Source: Phallusia mammillata
Lineage: Eukaryota
Direction of reading: 5' to 3'
Assembly: GCA_965637545.1 (NCBI GenBank)
Contig: OZ281497.1
Coordinates: 5,890,001-5,954,000, forward strand
Length of the DNA: 64,000 nt
The notes beneath the pieces are model-generated. The model worked only from the letters and a program-made list of their open reading frames with translations, was not told where the DNA came from and searched no databases. Shown in pieces: positions 14,201-27,721 of the stretch. Numbering within the stretch: the first letter of the stretch is position 1; every line of letters begins with the position of its first letter. The position numbers and the translations under genes were made by a program.

Positions 14201-15000
14201 GGAGACACAACGACGCCTTGTACTGACAGAGGGATAACGCAGCTGAGCCCCGAAGCGCCACCCCTAGGTATTCGTGACGTCATAGACATCGAGGTGCATG
14301 ACGTCACAGTCTTTTTTTCGATTCCTGTGCGTGGAATGTGACAGCTGACAAATAGGTTTGGTGTAAAACTTCCAAACCAAGTAACCCCCCGATAGTTAAC
14401 CCAACACATGCCATATATTAGTATATTTAAATTTGTGTACACCACAAAACTTAAGTTTATTCCAACTATGTTAGATACATGTCTATAGGATGTTACTATG
14501 AAATATACAAATTGTGACAACCTGTTCATTCTGCAACAATGTAAATATTTGATGGACGGTTTGGTTCTTCACCATGGTTCACGTTAGCTTTCCTCGCGTA
14601 AAAATCCAATGACGATTAATTTAGTGATAAATTCAGAACCGATTAATCATTTTGCAACTGTGGTGCCCTTTTAGGTACATTGCGCCTGGTGTTGATTTAA
14701 AAGGAAATAAAAGAGTTTTTGAACAATTGGACACTGTGTGGCAGGTGCCGCTTGCAATACATGTATCTTCTTGTACTGAATTTACTTAGTGCTGTCGCAG
14801 ATTCTATACAAAATTACTCCATTTGAGCTAGTTGGCAATTGATTCCTTACTGTGTCCCAAACTTTCCTGTTGCTTTAAACAAACTGCTGCGAAAATCATT
14901 GACGCTCTAATTTAAACCTATAAAGCCAAAAACATACGCTCTCTTTAACCTTTAGGCGAACCCGTAGTGTCGAGCGACAATAAAAGCATGTACTTATGTG

Positions 15001-15076
15001 TATAAAAGGGGGATAGAAACCGCAGATAATAATTGATGTCGCGCGCAGACCACTGCTTCCCCCTGATAAGGTAAGT
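15001..15076 (+). promoter_or_regulatory. TATA box with a short first exon and perfect splice donor
   Basis: TATAAAAG at 15001-15008 and AAG|GTAAGT at 15070/15071, leaving a ~40-nt exon after the expected start site (~15030). It contains an ATG at 15036 (MSRADHCFPLI, phase 2). No downstream exon was identified. Confidence 0.45.
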
Positions 15077-15297
15077 GCCCGCCTTTTTGCCGTATATCGC
15101 CGAAACAAGGTATTTTGATGAATAGTCTCGTTTCGTATCGAAGCAATGTGTGTGGTTTTATGTGACGGAAGGCAAACACCTTTCACTGAGATATCAACCT
15201 ACACATACTACTTGTTCTAGCTTTTACTCACAAAATGGACACAGGTCTATAAACCGGTGGTGTTTTGGGGGACTTCAAAATTGTTCTATATTCCTTG

Positions 15298-15388
15298 TTT
15301 GTGACGTCATACCTAGTTAGTTGTTTTCAATATTTGTCACGTCATACCTAGTTTGTTGTTTCCAATGTTTGTGATATCATAACTTAAC
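15298..15388. repeat. 35-bp tandem repeat, ~2.6 copies, each starting with a CRE-like motif
   Basis: tttgtgacgtcatacctagttagttgttttcaata / tttgtcacgtcatacctagtttgttgtttccaatg / tttgtgatatcataacttaac. Confidence 0.85.
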
Positions 15389-16201
15389 AAGTCGATAATC
15401 TTTTGACAGAAAATTGCTTGCTATCAAACGGGAGCTTTAAAAAGCGTTTTCGGTAAACTATAGTAAACTGCTTATAACACGCATATGTGATTTTGTTAAA
15501 CGCGTTTTTTATATCAAATCAGTCCAATATTAGTACGCAGTTTTTTTGTAATGAAGAAAAGAGGCAAACAATCTTCGTTCATCTTGTGTATGTTTATGCT
15601 ACAAAAGATTTTTTTTAAATCTTGGTATACCTATAATACCGAAAAAGCAAAGCATTTTCATTGATCCTATTTTAGTCAATTCCATTTAAAGGCTAAAGTA
15701 TGCTTGGACACCGGCTGTACTACGTAAAAGTGACGTAGTTAGGTCAAAACAGTCGTTATCAGATGTCTAATCCAGATCACCGTGGTGCGAAAACAACAGT
15801 AGGCCCAGTAATCGCGTACAGGCCACAGATCTGTTGACAGATCAGCATTTTTTACGCTCGGATAACTAACTTCAACAAATAGATTTCAGGGGGCAGAACT
15901 GGAGTTAGTTGTGGGTGGTTTGGGAGATAAAATTGCCGATGTTTTGCTTCGCTTGTTGTCAATATTTGTTTTCTACTTCGCTTGACTTGATCGGAAACGC
16001 GATTGCAAGTTACCTCATTACGCGCCTCGTTGGCCAGACGGATGTAGGAGAATATTGGGAGGAAATTTTAAACAAATCAGCAATCATATCAATTTGTAAT
16101 GTAAGAACGTTTAGGCTGGTGGCAGATAAATTAGTCAAGAGTAGATAAATTAGTCAAGGGTAGAAAAAATATTTTTGACGTTATAAGGTAACGATGTACA
16201 T

Positions 16202-16250
16202 TTGCCAGAAGAGCTCTATAAACTTATGCCTGTCAGCAATAGCTTACATA
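16202..16250. repeat. Short dispersed repeat shared with 35003-35057
   Basis: ttgccagaagagctctataaac-ttatgcctgtcagcaatagcttacata vs ttaccagaagagctctacaaagttgatattatgcctggcagcaacagcttatata. Confidence 0.7.
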
Positions 16251-19200
16251 TTGAAAAAGGTAACGATGTTAGCATGCAGATATCAGGTTCTCAAGCTCTT
16301 GAGTAACGTTACATAAAACTATTCAATTCAGGTGGTCATACAAAATAGTTTTATCTAGGTTTTGTTTAATATAATGTCAAAACGTGAAAACAACACAATG
16401 TCTACTTTTGTAGGACAGTACGATGGATACTTGAGGAATCGCAAAACATTACAAATTCTCTACTAGGCGTTACATCACAGACACGACCAACAGCGACATT
16501 AATGATTCAAATATGAAGTCATAAAAGTGGTTAAACCCTTGTCAAGCGACAACGTCATATTGTCGCATCGTGCCACCCTCCACGTTTCAAATCATTCGTC
16601 AACAAAAAATCCGCCAAAAATGTCGCAACTTTAACACGAAGAAAAACTCCTTAAATCACAATTGTTTTACTCATTGTACCGCAGTTAATTTCTCCCTGTC
16701 AATCAGCAATTAAAGCCAATATTGTCGGCAACATAGTCGCGTCGGCAATGACCCCGCGATGACCCCACAGTAAACACGTGACAACGGCAGAAAGGCACGT
16801 GACAGAGAGGTTTCATTTACTGTGGACTGTCGGATTAGCGACATGACTAACGATGCCCGCTACTTGCTAATTGGCTTAGATGACTGGTGGCCTCAGATCA
16901 CTAGGTAGTCGTGTTTGTGCTGTCGTTGTGCGGTTATATATCGTGATAAGAAGCTTCCCGCAACTCTGACAAGGTGCGAAGGCGGTTAATTTGGCGACAA
17001 ACAAGTCCAGGACGTATATGTGGGCAGTCGTCGCGGCCGTGAGAAAAAACATTGGATTTATTTCTGATGTCAACAAGATTATTCCGCGCTCGCGCCGACA
17101 ACCGACTGCGGTCTGGATTTACGCAAGTGAACGAATGAGCAATTCGGCTGTTTTTGGTCGTTTGATCCGCACCTGGCGATTGGTTTGTTGATGTTTGGCT
17201 ATTTTGCACTGGCGGTTTGATGTTGCTCTAATGACCAAGTAATGATTTCCGATGTACGGAAGTTCTAGCACGTAGGCTTAAGTGCAATTCTGCGTCATAT
17301 GTTTTGTACAGTCATCATTGCAATATATGGTAAAGAGTTGAGCTATTTTGGGGGTTTATTTTTTCAGCACCAAAGAAGCAAAACATCAGTTAGGAGTTTA
17401 AAAACAAAATCTTTTAACATTAAAAATTGTGCTTGCAAAATATAAAAACTATGCCAAAGTATTTTTTGCCGTTTTAACAGTTCTCAACAATTGTAAAAAG
17501 TAAAAAAAACTACCATAATAATTAAATGTGTAAGGCTTAGTGACATATATTTGTAAAATGTTTTTGCTTTCGTATTTAAATCACTTTTATATGTACAGTA
17601 GTGGTAATATGTCAGGCTGCCACACATCAAATAAAGTATTAGGTTCAAAGCAAATCCTAAAATCTTTTAGCAGAATTCCAAATTTTCCAGCCAGGGCAAA
17701 ATACACAAAAGTAAATCTTTGCACAATTAAAGGAATGCCGCACAGCAAGATAAAAATCTGTGGGAAATAAGGAAGTTTGGCCCCCTTGCGAGAAAAACAA
17801 ATATTGGAATAAAAGGAATCTTTTTTCGGATGTGATTGTGACTTCTTGGTCACCCGTAACCTTGTTTGCCGTAGCGTTTATTCTACCGTAGCAAACACAG
17901 TTCTAGTTTGTGCTTTTTAATTCAACACCACCACGATACACAAAGGTTGATTGATTTAGATTTTAGAGTGAGCGTTGAATTTTCGGAATCAACGTTAATT
18001 GCGCAGAAAAAATACCGACATAGTAATTAAATATTTCAACAGCAACAAATCTATATCATTTTTGCACAGTAAAACAATTATTTAAAAAAATCTTACAATT
18101 AAAGAATTTGGCACAATGTGTCCGTTTAATAAAACATAAGCTTTTTGCAAAAAAAAAACTTGTACAACTTGTGTTACATTTGTATGCACAAGAACCCAGG
18201 TCAAAAGTAACCAAAAACTTTTTCAACAAGTTTTCTAAACATAGAGCTTTGGTAATTCTTGCAAATTTTCTCTGCTTGGGTGCAATTCCCACTGTTATCT
18301 TTCAACTATTTCGATCGCATTTTGCAAACGCTGGGTGATACATGTATTAGCATCGAGTACAGGGCGTTCTGATTGCTTCAACCTTTTCAACGTGGCCGAT
18401 TTGCCGAAACGTTACACCTTAAACGTTGCGCCTTAGCATGTTAAATAGCAGGATGATCCTTAGAGCCACGCGTGTCATTTGCCCATCAGACGCGAAACGC
18501 TGTCTTGGTTTACAAGCTTGCGACTTAAAATCAGCATCCGATACTATAAGAACAGACGGCTGATGGAGTTATGTTGGTCAACAAACGCCGTGAGTAAAAG
18601 GATTTTGTTGAAAAATCGCTTCCTGGCTGGGGTAAATGATTCTGTTGCGTTCGTTTATTGCAACAAATTGCTCTCTCGTTTCAAGGTCAGGTTCCAACAG
18701 AAAGTTCATATCGACCAAAAGCTTAAGTCGTTTCAGATTCACATAAACTTGCAATTTTCGAGGAAAGCGCCTTATGACCTCTAGTTTACGTTTGCTTGAC
18801 ACTACTTGCGGTTTTGAGACACGTCAATGCATATTTTTATGTCAAAGCGCTGAGAACTTTAACAACTTACTGTAAAATTTAAGTTAAAAAATCGATAGTT
18901 TAGTCTTTAAGTTTTCAAACATCCCAATTGATCAAAAACGAAATTTGGAGAGTCTGAACAAATTTACTTATAAATGCATGTTAAACATTTAAAAAGTTTT
19001 CGCTTTTATTTTTATGTAAGCCTGTCATTGCAATAAAATGATAAAACAACTCAAACACAAAACAATGATTGAAAATAATCTCAAAGCTAATGTTAAACAC
19101 GGAAAGGCCAAGGATTACAGTATTTTACGCTGGCATAGAAAAAAACGCTCCAAAACCAACTATTTGAACAAAACCAGAAACTAGCATGTAAACTCAAGTC

Positions 19201-21394
19201 AACCTCCCAGGAGACAAATTTCGGACCTTACACACACAACAAACAAAGAGTCGATTTACGGCAGTTCCAAGTTTTTCTGTTGACTCTTAATTTCGCGCCC
19301 GTCGTATCCTTATCCGCCTAAAGCCCTCATCATACATTACATAAAGCCAGCATCCAAGGCCCAGTAACCGAGCTGTCAATTCATCGTCACTACAGGGTCG
19401 TACATTTGACCTTGAGTTGCACCTGAGTCCTTAGCTGTGACGAGCCACGCCACTTGCTTTCTGAAGGGCCGATTTCATGCAGCATTTTGTGGTGCGGCGT
19501 TAATACGCTGATGTTTCGATATCTATGCCTATGCGGTACTCTCCTGGCGTAGGCTCTATGCATGGTTAAGTTATTTTAAACTTTAAAACCATAGCCTTTA
19601 TTAAAGAAAAACTTGGAAGTTCAAAAAAGTTTATACCAATTAGAAAAATATTTTTCGTTACATTAGTAGTTGTTTTTCTGTCGAAGTAAGAAAGAAACCA
19701 ATTTATCGCCCAACTTTTGAATTGAAGAGTTTTGTAATGAAATAAAGCCATCAGAAGGCCAGGTAACTTTCAGTGTGTGCAAAAAACAGTACAAATTTTT
19801 TTGGAAATATTAAACTAAATTAATAATTAGTTCCATTTTCGTTGCCAACGCCATTTTAGGGCCCCACAATACACAAATACCAAGGCGGCCATTTTGTTTT
19901 CAACCTTTTGTTGGGTAAAATTTGATAATTTGAGACCAGAATTATTACCAATCAAATCTCTTTTTGCAAGAGAAACGTCCGAAAAGCAAACCAACAACTA
20001 CAGATTAATGACCAGTCTTGACAAATAACGTAAAAAAAAACAATCAGGCAAAGGACAGATTTGTTTGTTTTAGAACATTTTTTTGCAAATGAAGCAAATA
20101 CCGATGATAAAATTTAATTGCATAATCATAATCTTAGTGTCTTCAACATGTCATGGAGTTTGGGAAAAACACTACAGGTCTGATAAGGCCATGTCGCAGT
20201 CCATCTACTTTAACTTTAATTGGATTATTCAGCGTGACCATCTCGATATTGCGTTCGTTTTCCTCTCAAACAGATCAATTTGCTCATATCATAATCCACC
20301 CGTCAAGGTAGCGCAGGCAATCGTGACACCATGACCATCATATGTCAAAAAAGTCCCGCACGGCCTTAATGGACCCGACTCCATAATGACTTGGTAATTA
20401 CAGGTGTCTGAAAAATAGGTTCTACGCATTCAGTCCGCCTGTTTGTTGTTATAGGTCCAGTGCAGCAGGTGACGTGCCGTTCAGCAGCGCTTAAAAATTA
20501 ATACACAAATAAACACATTCGCCACGCTACGCAAGCAGTGCTCGGACGAAAAACCTCAACCCGTCCGTATCATTTAATACCCAGGTCCGCGTTGTGATCC
20601 TGTCAGCACTGTAATATTCCTTAGCGGTTGCAATTTCCTGCAGTTGGCGATTTTATCTGCAAGGTGGTGGCCCCGAAAACACGCGAAAGCTTTTGCCTAC
20701 CAGGACAAGTCATACTATCCTTTGCAAATTAGAGGTAGATAAGTCGGATTTTCAACCAACAAAAATAGACACACCCGCGTTTAAATGTCAGACACTTAGA
20801 GGAGAAACAATGCGACTGAACTTTTCTCATGCCATTGCAGCAGTTTCAATACCAAACAAAAAATTAATCACTTTAGTATGCGCCATTTTAAGCACGGGCC
20901 ATATATTGTACAATAACTAACAAACGAAGAGTAGATTACGTAATCATGTATTTGTTAATAATAATAAAAAATAATCAGAGTTTCAACTAGTCCACTTACA
21001 GTTTAGTTTTCTACAATCCAAAATATTATGTCTATTAGTCTACTGTTCTTAAACATCTCTTTTTTTTTCAACTGCAACTGTTGGCAAATAACAAGTTAGT
21101 ACAATACCAAGTAAAATCAAAGACAAAACGTTTCGATTTGTCTACATAGAACCTCCATACTTATCCACTATCGACTAAAATCTAATCTTTTGTTGATCAC
21201 TTAACTTAACCTGATGCAAAGTTTCTCTTTCACAACAGAAGATAAGCTTGACTTAATTTGGTTATTACGTCACAAAGGTACTCTTAACGCAACAATGATT
21301 CAAACGTTGCTGCCCAGATTGAAAGTTGCAAAGGTAAAACGGTTTGTTTGGGCAATTTTGGTTTGTACAGTTTGCAAAAAGGTGATTGGACATT

Positions 21395-23839
21395 ATGGAT
21401 GACGACCTAGAACTACCTCCTGGTCAGCCTATTGTGCACAACGAAAAAGAACAAATACCTGCAGGTTTGTTTACAAAAAGTTAAATTGCTGTTAGGCTAA
21501 GTTTTTTGTCAGGCAGTTGATAAACTACCTTACCACATGGCCAAGCTTAAACGGTTGCACAAACGTCTGAACTTATTTCGTGTTTTAAAAATACGCTGAT
21601 TTTGTAGGGATTTCGTAAATCATCTTCTGCTTTCATTTTTGCCTTTTCTGCCTGCAACTTTTACTGTGAACTAACTAAACGTTGGTTTTCAGCAATTAAA
21701 AGCAAGACAACAATCTTTAAACATAATTTAACTCTGCCAAAGCTGACAAATCGTAATTCCTGCCGGAACTAAAACTCCCGGATGTAACCGCTAAAACTAG
21801 TTTTGCAACAAAATTTGGTGCATTCGTTTGACAATAAACAGCACTTCTTAGCTACTCAGGCTCCAAAGGCAAATTTAACACTACCTATGTCTTTCATCTC
21901 ATAATCCTGACGCTAGGTCACAGGGCTATCAGTGAGGGATCTCCTTAGCTCGTTAGAGAATCTCAAATCTCATCTACAAAATCTTGGCCCTTGCTAAACG
22001 TCGATCGCACTGTGATTGATTGCAAATTATGAGCTGCCATGAACAGGTAGTAGGGCATGCCAAATCACGGTAGTTGCTACATTTTTTTACTATCATACAG
22101 TAAAGTCAATTTCAAAAATGTATCACAAAATTAAACTACTTCGGACAATATGCCCTGTGTTGAGTTTTCGTTGAATAATTTGTCATCTATTTGACCTAAA
22201 ACAAACGTCCAAGTTGAAGAGTTAGTTTAACACAGTGGTTCCCAAACTTTTTCATATTTTTTTCAAAACGGTCCCTTTGCCATTATTTCGAGGGCTCGCG
22301 GTCGCTAAGCCTAAATGTGTATTTCATGAAAACGAAAGTTGATTGCAGGATTTTAGCTAGTTATGCAAAATTGCGCTTAACATTTATCCAAAGACAGCAT
22401 GTGACATCACAAACAGGACAAAAACATTACGATTGTGCGCGAACAATTGCATTTTTGATAGTTGTCATTCAATAAAGACCATAGTTTAGTAATGGAAACA
22501 GTCGATTCTCAATTCTACTTTGATTTAAACTTATTTAGTTTCACAAACTGACGCCAAATAAGATAATAGAATTACTTCAACTGCTTCGCGGTCCCCCCCA
22601 AATTGCCTCACGGACCCCAGTTTGGGAACCGCTGGTTTAACACGTGATCGAGGTTAGAAGTAAGTGAAAGTGTTTGAAGTGTGTTTATTGTAAATAGTTG
22701 CCAACTACAGGGTAAAAGGGATAAAAAAAATTTAAAATAAAAATCCTGAAAGTGTTAACAAATGGAGCATAAATTGCTAGAAAAATTGTGGGTTTCTTAA
22801 ATAATAGGAATGTTTATGTTGTCCTGATGTATGAAAGTTGACTTTAAAACACAAAATGTGAAACAACTTTGTCAATTTAAAACAACATGGCGATAATGAC
22901 TTAAAATACTCACAACCAATGCAATTTTGATGTTCGAGACAAATTGATTTACCACCATAGTAATATTTCAGCATGGCTTTTAAAAATAAGCGCCCCTGGC
23001 GCTAACATTGGCATTTTGATGGGACAGATCCCGTGCATATGCATTGTTTGTTGCCGCAATAGGATTAGGGTGAAGGTTGCACTGCTATTAAGATGAAACC
23101 GCCGATTTTATGCCAAATTCATTTGTTGATATAAATATCACGACTGGGGTGTGCACATGTGATCCTTTTTCTTGTCCGAAAAGCGAGTTTTGGCCCTGGC
23201 AAAGACTATAGTTAGCAAATTTCCTACAGTTAGTTACCTATATTGCTGAAATTGTTGAACAAAATTTGGATTGGTGCTGTCAGCGGATCTATCCGTACGT
23301 TTCTGGGTTTTAAGACGCATGATAGTTTTCTTTTTTGCAATAACCTTTGGGCCCACTTTGTGATTGGCACTTATTGGCAAGTGTAATGATTACATTCATC
23401 ACATGCTTTGGAGGAAAACTAGGACACAATCCCCCAGTTTCTTGTGTCACAAAATCAAACACGACTAACAATATAATTTTTAACATTTTCTCCTTGGTTT
23501 GTGGCCATCAGACAGCTATGATCCAGTGGTTGAAATACACTGTTCAAGGCGGAGTGAATATAAAATAAAACGACTTTTTTGTTTAGGTTTGACTGATCTT
23601 CTTCACATGTTGAGTCGTGAGGTGCTACGCAGCCAGCCTAAAGACATTGTCGCATTTTCGGCTGAGTATCTGAGCAAAATGGTTAGCAGCATTTTTTTAC
23701 CCACGTATGTACCTTCATGTGTATGTACGTGACATTTTCGTAGGTCGGAGTCAGGGACGGCAAAAGGGAGAGCAAGAGCGATTTGAAAGCTCTTGAAACA
23801 AATCTACCGAGTTCTTTACAAGGTCGAGTCATCCAGTAA
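21395..23839 (+). CDS. Small RIIa docking/dimerisation (D/D) domain protein, SPA17/CABYR/ropporin-like; 3 exons, ~86 aa
   Basis: Exons 21395-21464, 23587-23681, 23744-23839 give MDDDLELPPGQPIVHNEKEQIPAGLTDLLHMLSREVLRSQPKDIVAFSAEYLSKMVGVRDGKRESKSDLKALETNLPSSLQGRVIQ*. IPxGLxxLL..L.REVLRxQPxDIxxFxAEY is the RIIa D/D signature. The 3' end is less certain: alternative donors at 23823 or 23836 could extend it. Confidence 0.82.
22233..22634. mobile_element. hAT-type MITE in intron 1 of the RIIa-domain gene
   Basis: TIRs CAGTGGTTCCCAAACT / AGTTTGGGAACCGCTG; perfect 8-bp TSD GTTTAACA (22225-22232, 22635-22642). Confidence 0.92.
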
Positions 23840-23946
23840 CATTAAATGTCAGTTTTGTGTATGTTCCACCATAGAGTAAAATGAAATACAAACAACACAA
23901 TCAATAGTGCCACTAAAGCGCATGCTTAAAGAATATATCTGACAAC

Positions 23947-24123
23947 CAGAGCTGTATAACATAAAACGGGTTTGGTTCGGGCCTAAAATTTACACTCGGT
24001 ATCAATTTTGCCGACTTTCAAGTCTGACTTGGGCTTTTTTAAACATCTGCTTCCTTGTTGCGGTTTGCACTTTCCGGTTTGGGTCAGGATCAGGCCTCAA
24101 TTGTAGGGCCGCTTAAAACTCTG
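23947..24123. mobile_element. Degenerate MITE of an AGAGTTGTAAG-terminus family rich in GCCCG/CGGGC repeats
   Basis: Imperfect termini CAGAGCTGTA..../....TTAAAACTCTG with no clear TSD. Related ends occur at ~8560 (cagggctgtaagtcaggcc), ~59645-59662 (ggcccacttacaactcc) and ~63779 (agagttgtaagtgaggcc). Confidence 0.5.
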
Positions 24124-27100
24124 CTTGTTATAGCGTACATATTAAAAATGTCGCAATTGCATATGACAGGGTATATTTCCGAACATGGACCGATCTACAA
24201 TAGGGTAAATACTGTTTGATCTGGAAACTTTTAAGTTTTATTGTGGGTGTGACAAAAAATGTCCAATTTTGTTACACGTTTCTATTTTTGCGAACCAAAA
24301 ATTCAACTGCCTTATCTTAAGTCACATCTAAAACATAGGCTATAAACTTGCATCTAAAACATAAGCTATAGTGTTGTGGGAAAGCGTGGCAAGGCTTAGT
24401 GTGTGTGGATTTTATTTGTTTTTCTTCTTATCTGCACCTCTTCATGTAGCGGCGAGATCTTGTAACAGGAGATTAACCGTTGGGTTAGGGCATAATCCGC
24501 TTAAGTCCCTAACTGAGATTTGTGCTGATAGACGAATGCTATTATCCGCCTGCAAACACAAGCCGCCTTATCTACAGTCACTTTCTTGCCATTTGAAGAT
24601 GTCAACGTTAAACGAAATCAACCGCATCCTACGTAACGCGACGTGTACAGCAAGATTTGGCGGTTGGTGACATTATATCAGATGCAGTTTATGACGTCTT
24701 TAGGGGGCGGAAGGCTCAGGTAAAAAGCCTAAAAGGAAACCCAATTCTCTACACGTAACTTAAAGCGAGGTCTTACTGAGTGTCAGGCTGATGCATTTCA
24801 GATGGCACATTTTGGTTACTTTTGTGGTTATTTGGACTTGGCTGACTAATCGTATTGACGATGTGGGACGAAAAAGCCTATAGCAATCTTTCCACTTCCA
24901 ACAAAACATTGTAAAATTCGACAATCGCTGAAACGACAATCGATTTTGCCAAAACAAGGATTTAAACATGATTATTGCATCTTTGTATAACAAAAAGTTA
25001 CCGAAGGCAGCCAAAATCTTAAAAATAACCGAAATAAAATTATTTTTTACATAGAAAAGGTCAATAATGCCCATTTGAAACCTTTTTCAAATGACTATTG
25101 TATCTTTGTATGGCAAAACTGAAAGGGTCATTTGAAAATGAGCCAATACATTAATACCTATTTAGAAGCTTTTTTCACCGGCTATTACTGCTTATTGGCG
25201 AGACCACACGGGTTGACAAGAACTATTGGTCGCTGAGGAAATTGCAAGTCAGAGAACGCAAAAACGCAAAAACGCCAACACTAAACACACTCAAGTCAAA
25301 TGGGAAACACATTTACCAATGAGGCGTCTGTTGTGTTGACTATCTCGAGTTACTGGGCTCTGAAAGGCTTCAAATGCTCAATGGAGGGCTTTGGAGTAGA
25401 GAAATTCCGGTTACATTACCCCCAAGTTCAGACAAATTAACAGCACCGCTCCGTTCAGCTTAGTTGTTTACTTAGTTTGCACGCCAACCGCATTGGTTTC
25501 GCCTGTGAACGCGTAATTTGCTGAACACACACCAAGGTGGAGCTGAATGCCGACACAAGCCGAGCCGGCGACTTATCCAGGTGATGACAGATGTAAGACT
25601 TGAACCCTGTCTCCACGTCGAGGGTTTCACATTTAGACCAGCGCTCCCAAGGGGCAAGAATGAAAAGACGCTTTTAGGCCCTGAATACCACCCGAAAAAG
25701 GCATCAATGAGGCCATTGGTGCCCAAACTATCTGGGAACATTTTATGGACATTTAATAATTTAGGTTGTGCTTTAAGATGAAAAAGTACGCTCAAACCAA
25801 AAAAATACCCCTCTTTTAAAGAAATGGTATGTGTTTGCTCCCTAAGTTTTTTTTAGGATATAGGTAAATTTAAACCTGTGAGCCCTATTCATTTTTCTGA
25901 CCCGTAAAACACAATGTATTGAATCACAAACTCCAAAGTAGATTAATAACGAATTGTTCAAGGTAGGCTATAGGCTTTGTTCATAATTGTCTTTGGTAAG
26001 TTTTGCTCTTATGGTAGAGGCTTCGAAAAAATGATGGAACCATCTTCCCCCTGTGGCAATTAATATGTGCTCCTCTAGGCCTTGTTAACAGCTCAGTTTG
26101 TAGACAAACGGTAGCCAATGAGCAAGGGTCTTAAACACCATGTTTAGCTACAATATTGGCGCAGGCAATTTAGCCTGTCGACGCATCGAGCATGCTTTGA
26201 ACATTCCGCTGCTTAGTCCTCGGTTTCGCCCAAACCTTGTTGTCTGTGTAAACTGATTTAGTTGCCGACTCGCCCTTATGCCCCGCCATGCATTTACAAC
26301 GTCTAGCTGGGGTCGCTTTCTGGGGTTTGACACTGCTCACAAATAAATCCAATAATCCGATTAAGACAGACCCGGGCCCGCTTTCTACTTTTCAAAACTA
26401 TTTTTCACTTTGCCACCAAAACCAACCCCGCGAATTATCACGTGACTAATGACGCGCATGCGTCTTGTAAGGTCGAATTTAGACTTCGACCTACGTGCGC
26501 TTTTTTTAGTAAAAAGGGAAAATTTAATAAATACTGCGATATTGTCAATTGTTCGCTATTGTTACCAAGCCCAAGTTTGGAAACGTTTTTGTTGCAAGGC
26601 AAATCAGTTGGCGGCTAACTGTTAGCCTTAGTACAAAGAACAGACAAATTTAGCTTATGCAAGCATTTCCAGTGCCTAAAAAGGAGATTAAATTATTTCA
26701 TACTAAAGCTAACTGGTTTCTGCCTTGAAACAAACGTTTCTAACCTTGGATTTATTATTGTCAAGGCACAATACATACCTTATGGCTTTCTAATAAATCC
26801 TATCTAAATCGAGCAACATTTTTTGCATTTTCAAATATTAAATGCAACCTAGGCCTACTTTGTAAAGGTCGAGTGCCTATAAGGTCGCGTATTCAAACCT
26901 TATTGTGAGCTGATCTTACAACACTGACAACGGGCATAATGAAGTGAACTGGATAGTTTATTGTGTGCTACTGCCAAACGCAAATACACCAGGGTGAAAA
27001 ATGAGTGCGTGGGAATATTTTACAGCAGGGTTGGAAATGAATCAATAATCGCACAGTGCTCGTAAAACATAAACAGTGGCGAATAATCAAATACAAAAAT

Positions 27101-27721
27101 AAACATGAAAAATCACTTGTGTAGCAAATTCGCATTTAATAAGGACACAATTGTATATTTTGTCACAATTGTGGTAAAAAACTGCCAAAAATACTTTTAA
27201 TCTTCAAAAAACTGCGTCAAAAACAAAGATCGCTATAGTAATGATAATAATCTGTTGTAACCGGGGGTCTATTAACCACCATTTACTGCAATAAATTACG
27301 TACAGCTGTGTAAGGTACAAGCAGGCACTACTTTCAATACAGTGATGTTCGTAGGCATCAGACAAAGGCACTACTATTGATAAATCAATGTGTACAAAAT
27401 ATTTAAACTAACATGACATTTACACAAACATGGCTGTAAGGTTTTTGGCCCACAAATATAACGACAATATATAATTGATGGAATGTACAATCTATCAAAG
27501 AAATTAAACTCAAGAAAAAAGTTTAACATAAGGCCTTAAAAAAGATTGACAATAATACCAAGTCAAACTTCAAAATGCAACGAACACATTATTTACCTAA
27601 ATTCATACATTATCAAGCCTGAAAAAACAAAGCATTGTGCAAAATGGATTTGCATGAAAAGGGAAATAATAATTATGTTGCGTTGTTATTCACAAGTTTT
27701 CTGTCATCTTGACAATACACT

